A stretch of 21,599 bases of DNA from PVC group bacterium. GTDB taxonomy: Bacteria > Auribacterota > Erginobacteria > Erginobacterales > Erginobacteraceae. Location: NCBI GenBank assembly GCA_043804695.1, contig JAZDIV010000121.1:1-21599 (forward strand), written 5' to 3'. Made by a program: the position numbers and the translations under genes. Within the stretch, counting starts at the first letter, position 1, and each line of letters begins with the position of its first letter. Positions 16,133 through 21,599 of this stretch are shown here, piece by piece. The notes beneath the pieces were generated by a model. The model was not told the DNA's origin, made no database searches, and worked only from the letters and a program-made list of their open reading frames with translations.

Positions 16133-17347
16133 ATGGCTGAAAAATTTGTTCGCAGCGCTACGCGGGTCCGGAGTTTTGAAAATCCCGAGTTCGATTTTCA
16201 GCTCCTGCGTTCCCTGGGAGTCGTTTTTGCCGGCGGCGGGTCGGTGGGCGAGGTTTTAACCGTCGCCGCCGCCATCGGAGAGCCCACCCCGGAAAAATGG
16301 GTGAAAGAGTTTTCGACCATGGCGGATAAGGTCGAACAGGAGGCCGCACGCTGTCGGAAGCTCGGTCGGAACGTCTCTGCCCGCTCGCTTTTTCTCCGCG
16401 CGAGCATGTACTACCGGGCAGCCGAATATTTCCTGGACCTCGATTCCCCGGAACACGACCCGATGGGCCTTAAGAGTCGCGACGCTTTCCGGTCCGCCTG
16501 TCCCCTCCTGGAACCGGAGGTGGAAGTGGTCGAAATCCCTTACGCCCCCATCCCCCTGCCCGGTTACTTCGCCCGCTCCCCCCGGGGAGAGGGCAAAAGC
16601 CTGATCATCTGCGGGGGCTTCGACTCCAGCGGAGAAGAGCTTTATTTCAACGCCCTGGGGGCGCTCGAGCGCGGTTTCAACGTCTTCTTCTTCGACGGCC
16701 CCGGCCAGACCGGGATGATGCGCCTCAAGCCGAGGCTCCCTTTCCGGCCCGACTACGAGGCCGTCATCGGACCGGTGTTCGACTACGTCCTCGGCCGGGA
16801 AGAAGTCGACCCCGAACGGGTGGGACTGCTCGGGATCAGTTTCGGGGGGTATCTCGCCCCCCGGGCGGCCGCTTTCGATGCCCGGATCAAAGCCTTGATC
16901 CCCGATTCGCCCATCACCGACTGGCGGGTATACCTTGGTGATGAGTTCGGCCCGGAGAAGGAAAAAATACCCGACTTCACCTCGGCGGATTTGCGGCAGG
17001 CGGGCGACGAGGAGGCGACACTGCTCCAGAAGCAGATGCTGATCCACATGATGCGCAAGTTTGGCGTGGACTCCTGGCACGCGCTTCTGGCGTCGCTATC
17101 CGAATTCCGGCTCTCGCCCGAAAACCAGGCTCGGATTATTTGCCCGGTCCTCGCCTGTATCGGCGAGGGAGAGGGTGAAGAGGCGAAACGGCAGAGCGAA
17201 GAACTCGTCGGAAACGTGAGCGGGACCGCCGCCTCTCACACATTTACTGTCACCTGGGGCGCCGACGCCCACTGCCAGGTCAACAATACCGCCCGCTTTT
17301 GGCAGGTGGCCTATGACTGGCTCGAGTCGCTCTTCGAAAAAAAATAA
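16133..17347 (+). CDS. Alpha/beta-fold hydrolase (FrsA/S9-like esterase type)
   Basis: 'ICGGFDS', 'FDGPGQ', nucleophile elbow GISFGG, catalytic His in 'ADAHCQ'. ATG 16133 follows GGGAG. Confidence 0.88.
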   Translation: MAEKFVRSATRVRSFENPEFDFQLLRSLGVVFAGGGSVGEVLTVAAAIGEPTPEKWVKEFSTMADKVEQEAARCRKLGRNVSARSLFLRASMYYRAAEYFLDLDSPEHDPMGLKSRDAFRSACPLLEPEVEVVEIPYAPIPLPGYFARSPRGEGKSLIICGGFDSSGEELYFNALGALERGFNVFFFDGPGQTGMMRLKPRLPFRPDYEAVIGPVFDYVLGREEVDPERVGLLGISFGGYLAPRAAAFDARIKALIPDSPITDWRVYLGDEFGPEKEKIPDFTSADLRQAGDEEATLLQKQMLIHMMRKFGVDSWHALLASLSEFRLSPENQARIICPVLACIGEGEGEEAKRQSEELVGNVSGTAASHTFTVTWGADAHCQVNNTARFWQVAYDWLESLFEKK

Positions 17348-17579
17348 AACAATTTCGCTTTATCGCCTCCAGCAGTCGTTTCGCCAGCTCGATCAACTCC
17401 GCCCGGCTCCCGAACCGCAACAACACCGTCTCCTTCTTCTTTCCCGTGCGGATGTTGATCTTCGATCGCCAATCCTTATCCTTCCCGAGATCGACCGGCA
17501 CCGTTGTTTCGCCCTGAAAGGCGGTACCGCCAGTAACTTCTTTGTACGGAATCCGCCGCGCGTATCCGTCCTTGCCCAC
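17280..17579 (-). CDS. Possible small hypothetical protein or gene fragment
   Basis: Fills an otherwise empty gap and has protein-like composition, but has a GTG start with no RBS and a 68-nt overlap with the hydrolase 3' end. Confidence 0.3.
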   Translation of the reverse strand: MGKDGYARRIPYKEVTGGTAFQGETTVPVDLGKDKDWRSKINIRTGKKKETVLLRFGSRAELIELAKRLLEAIKRNCFIFFRRATRASHRPPAKSGRYC

Positions 17580-17689
17580 AGCATTTTTTTATTGCCAGAG
17601 CGGGGTTCGCCGTCGGATAATGAATGCCTGCCCGGATTCCACCCGCCGTGGGCTGGAAGGCATGTGATTTATTTTCAGGAGGAAGAAGG

Positions 17690-18205
17690 ATGAAAAAAAG
17701 AAGTGTATTTTCGGTCATCGCGATAGCGGCGGTCATGCTCGTTGTCGCTCTGTCGGCGTGGTCACAATCCGGCGCTCCGGAGGCCGCGGCCGCTCCGGCG
17801 GCCGACATGCCGGAAGGCGATATGCCCGTGCCCGTCGCCCCCGCGGCTGCCGTGCCTGCAGATGCCACCCCCGCGGCCGTGTATGATCTTTATATCGTGG
17901 CCATGAAGGCGGGCGATCTCGACGGCATGGCCGCCTTTGTGACTAAGGCCAAGGTGGATCAGCTCCTGGCGATGCCCGATGATCAGAAAACCCAGATCGC
18001 CGAGATGATGAAGATGATGGCCCCGTCCGAGTACGCCGTGGTTACGGAGGACATCCAGGGAGACATTGCGACCCTGACCCTCACGGGGAAGGCGACGGAC
18101 TTTGCCGGCGGTTTCAACGAGCAGGAAGGCACCGCTACTTTCGTGAAGGAAGACGGGGTCTGGAAGCTGGTCGAAGACAGCTGGCAGATGGTCGCGTCGG
18201 AATAA
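17690..18205 (+). CDS. Exported hypothetical protein (Ala/Pro linker plus small NTF2/DUF4878-like domain)
   Basis: RBS AGGAGG and signal peptide. C-terminal 'GDIATLTL...FVKEDGVWKL' pattern. Confidence 0.75.
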   Translation: MKKRSVFSVIAIAAVMLVVALSAWSQSGAPEAAAAPAADMPEGDMPVPVAPAAAVPADATPAAVYDLYIVAMKAGDLDGMAAFVTKAKVDQLLAMPDDQKTQIAEMMKMMAPSEYAVVTEDIQGDIATLTLTGKATDFAGGFNEQEGTATFVKEDGVWKLVEDSWQMVASE

Positions 18206-18222
18206 GCTGTTCCGTCTCCGGT

Positions 18223-18252
18223 AAAAAAGGCTCCCCGCGGGGAGCCTTTTTT
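18223..18252. terminator. Bidirectional intrinsic terminator
   Basis: AAAAAAGGCTCCCCGCGGGGAGCCTTTTTT, a perfect palindrome with A and T tracts, 17 nt after the stop codon. Confidence 0.92.
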
Positions 18253-18424
18253 ATTAATATTACTTCCGCATTTCCCCGATAGCCATCGGAGTGCGCCTCT
18301 GGCGCATAATAAATATGATAATATAAATCGACAGATGAATTATATCCAGAGAGGCAAGTGCTGGCTGAAGTTATAAGGCATTTTTAAGTAGTGCCTCGAT
18401 GAAAATATTTTAGTTTAGCCAACA

Positions 18425-18455
18425 GCTCCCCCCGATTGATTCAATCGGGGGGAGC
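18425..18455. repeat. Palindrome of CCCGAT...ATCGGG type
   Basis: GCTCCCCCCGATTGA-T-TCAATCGGGGGGAGC, 15-bp arms. Confidence 0.8.
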
Positions 18456-18490
18456 CAGTATAAAGTAGCGGCGAAGCCGCTAATTTATTG

Positions 18491-21454
18491 ATGAACCCGC
18501 GCGTTCCCGGACAACTGCTCCCGGTCGGTAAAAAGCTGCACGGTTTTATGGTCGCCCGCGTCACCCCGCTGCCTGAAATCAGGGCCGTGGCCTACGAGGC
18601 CGACCATCTGCAGAGCGGGGCCCGGCTGCTTCATCTGCACTCTTCCGACCCCGAGAACCTCTTCGCGATCGGGTTCCGCACCCCTCCCCCCGACGACAGC
18701 GGACTGCCCCATATCCTGGAGCACACGGTGCTGTGCGGGTCGAAGAAATACCCGGTCAAGGACCCGTTCGCGGAGCTGCTGAAGACAAGCCTGGCGACCT
18801 TCCTCAACGCGATGACCTACCCGGATCGGACGATTTATCCCTGCGCCAGCATGAACGAGAAAGATTTCTTCAACCTGGTCGGCGTGTACTGCGACGCGGT
18901 CTTCTCCCCCCTGATCAGCCCCCGGCACTTCAAGCAGGAAGGGCACCATCTTGAGTTCGCCGATCCCCCCGACCCGGGCGGGTCTCTGGTGGTCAGGGGG
19001 GTCGTCTATAACGAGATGAAGGGGGTATACTCCGACCTGGACGGGATCATCGACCGGGAGGTAACGAAAAACCTCTTCCCCGACAATGCCTATGGCCGGG
19101 ACTACGGCGGCGACCCGGAAGCGATCACCTCCCTCACCTATGAGCGTTTCCGGGAGTATCACCGGACCCGCTATCACCCGTCCAACTCGCTGATCTTTCT
19201 CTACGGGGACATCCCGCCCGCGCGGCATTTACAGTATCTCGACCGGGCGTGCCTGTCCGAGTTCTTTCGGGAGGCGATCGACGCCTCCATCGCCGCCCAG
19301 CCGCTCTGGACGGCGCCCCGGCAAAGCACCCGCGCCTATCCGATCGGCCGGGACGAAAAGCCGGGAAGGAAGACGGCGGTGGTGGCGGCCTTCCGGGCCG
19401 GGCGGAATAACCGGCCGGTGGAGACGCTCTCTCTCCATCTTCTCTCCGAGTACCTTCTCGGGAATGCCGCCTCTCCCCTCCGCCAGGCCCTCATCGACTC
19501 CCGGCTGGGGGAGGAGATCACCGACTCCGGATACTCCTCTTCCCAGCGCGACACCTATTTCACGGTCGGCCTCAAGGGGACTGAGGTCGCCCGCGCCGGC
19601 AAGATTCTGGACCTGATCCTGGAGACCTGCGCCCGGGTCGTCAGAAGAGGGGTGGACCCGGGAAAGATGGAAGCCGCCTTCCACCACCTGGAGATGGCCT
19701 CGCGGGAGATCAAGAGCATGTATCCCCTCCGTCTGATGGACCGGGCCTTCGAGTCCTGGGCTTCCGCCGGCGATCCCCTCCTCTGGATGAGCATCAACCG
19801 CTACATCGAGGAGGCGCGCCGGGGATATCAGACGGAGACCGGGTTCTTTGAAGAACGGCTCCGCCGGCTGGTGATGACCAACCCGCACCGGGCCCTGCTG
19901 ACCTTCCGGCCGGACCCGTCGTATGCCGCCCGGAAAGAGAAGACGGACCGGCGCCGGATGGAGAAGATGAAGTCCCGTCTCAGCCGGGAGGAACAGGAGA
20001 AGATCGCCCGGGCGGCGGCCGAACTCGAACTCCTCCAGTCGGCGCCCAACCCACCCGAGGCGCTGGCGACTCTTCCCCGGCTCTCTCTCTCCGATGTCCC
20101 GCTGGAGCCGATCAAGCTGGACACCGCGGTCGAGGAAGTGGAGGGCTGCCCCTTCCTGGTGACCGACATGTTCAGCAACGGCCTCACCTATCTCGCCCTC
20201 TCCTGCGGCCTCGGCGGTCTTGACGAAACCGCCCGCGACTATCTTTCGCTCTTCTCCGACGCCCTGGGCGGGATGGGCGCCGCCGGGTTTGACTACGCGG
20301 AAATGGCCGAGCGGGAAGCCGCCTGCAGCGGCGGGGTGGAGACGGACCTCATGATCTCGGGGACGGCCGATGACCACCTGACCGTGGAGCCGCGGCTGCT
20401 GGTTTTCTGCAGCGCGCTCGACCGTAAGCTCCCGGAGATGCTGGAGATGCTCGGGCAGCGCCTGACGCTCTGCGACCTCAGCGACCGGGAGCGGCTGAAA
20501 GACGTGGTGCTCCAGGGGCGGATGGCCCGAAAGAGCCGGGTAATCCGGGCCGGGAACAGTTTTGCCGTCTCTTTCGCGTCCCGGGGGCTCAGCGAGAACT
20601 GCGCGCTCAGCGAGTCGATGAAGGGGGTGACCGCGGTCCGCTTCTTTGACCGGCAGGCCTTCCGGTTCGGCCGGGATCGCCGTCGGATCGAAGAGCGACT
20701 GTCGGCCGTCCGCGACTTCATCAGTGCCCGGAGCCGGCTGACGATCAGTGTCCTCGGTTCTCCGGAATCGGTCGCGGCCGTCCGGGAATGGTACCGGGGG
20801 ATGCCGGCCGGTCTGGGCGCCGGCTCCTCCCCGGCGGCGGGCGGGCGGTTTTCCCCGGGAATCGGGAGACGCGAGGGGATAGCCGCCCCGGCCGATATCG
20901 CCTTCGTGGCCCGGAGTCAGCCGGGGGTTGCCTTTACCCACCCCGCCGCCCCGGCTCTCCTCCTGGCCCAGCACATCAGTTACGGATACCTCTGGGAGAA
21001 GGTGAGGGTGAAAGGGGGGGCCTACGGCTGCGGCGCCTCCTATAACGCCCACCGGGGGACGTTCTCGCTATCCAGTTACCGGGATCCCCATGTCTCGGCG
21101 ACCCTTCGGGTGTATGCCGGCGTCTGCGATTATATTGAAAAGGAGATGGACCTCTCGCCCTCCGGCGTCGAACAGGCGATCATCGGGACCGTGAAATACC
21201 TGGACCGGCCGATCCGCCCGGAGCAGGCCGTGGAGCTGGCCCTGGTCCGCCATCTCGGGCAGATCACCGACGGGAAGATCCGGGCTTTTCGGGAGAGACT
21301 GTTCAGCCTGACCGGGAGCGATATCCGGCGCGCCTCCGCCGAGGTCCTGCGGCCCGCCTTCGCGAAGTCCTCGATCTGTGTCATTGCCGGCCGGGAGAAG
21401 CTGGAAGCCGTCAACCGTGCCGAGGACGGCGCGTTCGATATTTCAGATCTTTAA
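18491..21454 (+). CDS. M16C insulinase-family metallopeptidase (PreP/Cym1-like)
   Basis: Inverted zinc motif 'GLPHILEHTVLCGSKKYPVKDPF', plus 'FLNAMTYPDRT', 'GVVYNEMKG' and C-terminal 'LWEKVRVKGGAYG...SYRDP'. Confidence 0.95.
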   Translation: MNPRVPGQLLPVGKKLHGFMVARVTPLPEIRAVAYEADHLQSGARLLHLHSSDPENLFAIGFRTPPPDDSGLPHILEHTVLCGSKKYPVKDPFAELLKTSLATFLNAMTYPDRTIYPCASMNEKDFFNLVGVYCDAVFSPLISPRHFKQEGHHLEFADPPDPGGSLVVRGVVYNEMKGVYSDLDGIIDREVTKNLFPDNAYGRDYGGDPEAITSLTYERFREYHRTRYHPSNSLIFLYGDIPPARHLQYLDRACLSEFFREAIDASIAAQPLWTAPRQSTRAYPIGRDEKPGRKTAVVAAFRAGRNNRPVETLSLHLLSEYLLGNAASPLRQALIDSRLGEEITDSGYSSSQRDTYFTVGLKGTEVARAGKILDLILETCARVVRRGVDPGKMEAAFHHLEMASREIKSMYPLRLMDRAFESWASAGDPLLWMSINRYIEEARRGYQTETGFFEERLRRLVMTNPHRALLTFRPDPSYAARKEKTDRRRMEKMKSRLSREEQEKIARAAAELELLQSAPNPPEALATLPRLSLSDVPLEPIKLDTAVEEVEGCPFLVTDMFSNGLTYLALSCGLGGLDETARDYLSLFSDALGGMGAAGFDYAEMAEREAACSGGVETDLMISGTADDHLTVEPRLLVFCSALDRKLPEMLEMLGQRLTLCDLSDRERLKDVVLQGRMARKSRVIRAGNSFAVSFASRGLSENCALSESMKGVTAVRFFDRQAFRFGRDRRRIEERLSAVRDFISARSRLTISVLGSPESVAAVREWYRGMPAGLGAGSSPAAGGRFSPGIGRREGIAAPADIAFVARSQPGVAFTHPAAPALLLAQHISYGYLWEKVRVKGGAYGCGASYNAHRGTFSLSSYRDPHVSATLRVYAGVCDYIEKEMDLSPSGVEQAIIGTVKYLDRPIRPEQAVELALVRHLGQITDGKIRAFRERLFSLTGSDIRRASAEVLRPAFAKSSICVIAGREKLEAVNRAEDGAFDISDL

Positions 21455-21459
21455 TTTTC

Positions 21460-21599
21460 GTAACACTTTAGCTCTTTAAAAAATCAGGCAGCTTGTTTGT
21501 GCCAGGCCAATGATGGTTTTCTTGAAGCGATTGCATTTTCTGCTGCCTTCAGAACTGTTCCCACCGGGTTAGCGCCCTGAAGTTCTGCTGATCGAAACA
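21460..21599 (-). mobile_element. Probable right end of an IS66-family element (transposase C-terminus, runs off the window)
   Basis: Minus frame 21597-21484: FRSAELQGANPVGTVLKAAENAIASRKPSLAWHKQAA*, resembling the IS66 transposase C-terminal 'T..LQG.NP' motif. GTAACACTTTAGC at 21460 resembles GTAA-starting IS66 ends. Confidence 0.55.

Noticed and set aside
17350..17470. ParB C-terminal-like look of 'KINIRTGKKKETVLLRFGSRAELIEL'
   Set aside because: Too short and weak to assign without a profile search, and no ParB N-terminal domain or parA is nearby.

Overview
GC-rich bacterial chromosomal window with almost all genes on the + strand: a YfhO-like GT-C membrane protein, an RND efflux adaptor and permease, an exported protein followed by an Mla/MCE-type ABC operon (STAS-MlaE, MlaF, MlaD, PqiC-like lipoprotein), a CNT/NupC nucleoside transporter, an alpha/beta hydrolase, an exported protein and an M16C (PreP-like) metallopeptidase. 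Most of the unusual signal is intergenic. (1) A four-helix-bundle (23S-IVP/TIGR02436-like) gene splits the RND operon and is enclosed by ~50-bp inverted arms and a TTAAAA direct repeat. A gene-less copy of the same two arms lies 8 kb downstream, which suggests a full/empty pair of a mobile element with no recognisable transposase. (2) Most gene junctions carry short-period (6-9 bp) repeat arms or GNA-triloop mini-hairpins, and two unrelated inverted-repeat elements sit between the same left and right flanking motifs. (3) Several remnants are present, most of them missed or only partly covered by the ORF track: a RAYT/Y1 transposase N-terminus, a KAP-NTPase C-terminus, an SGNH hydrolase piece, a creD 5' end with intact cre-tag boxes fused to a TPR gene, a tRNA-Arg(CCG) internal fragment and a probable IS66 end. 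All family calls come from manual motif recognition; no database search was run.
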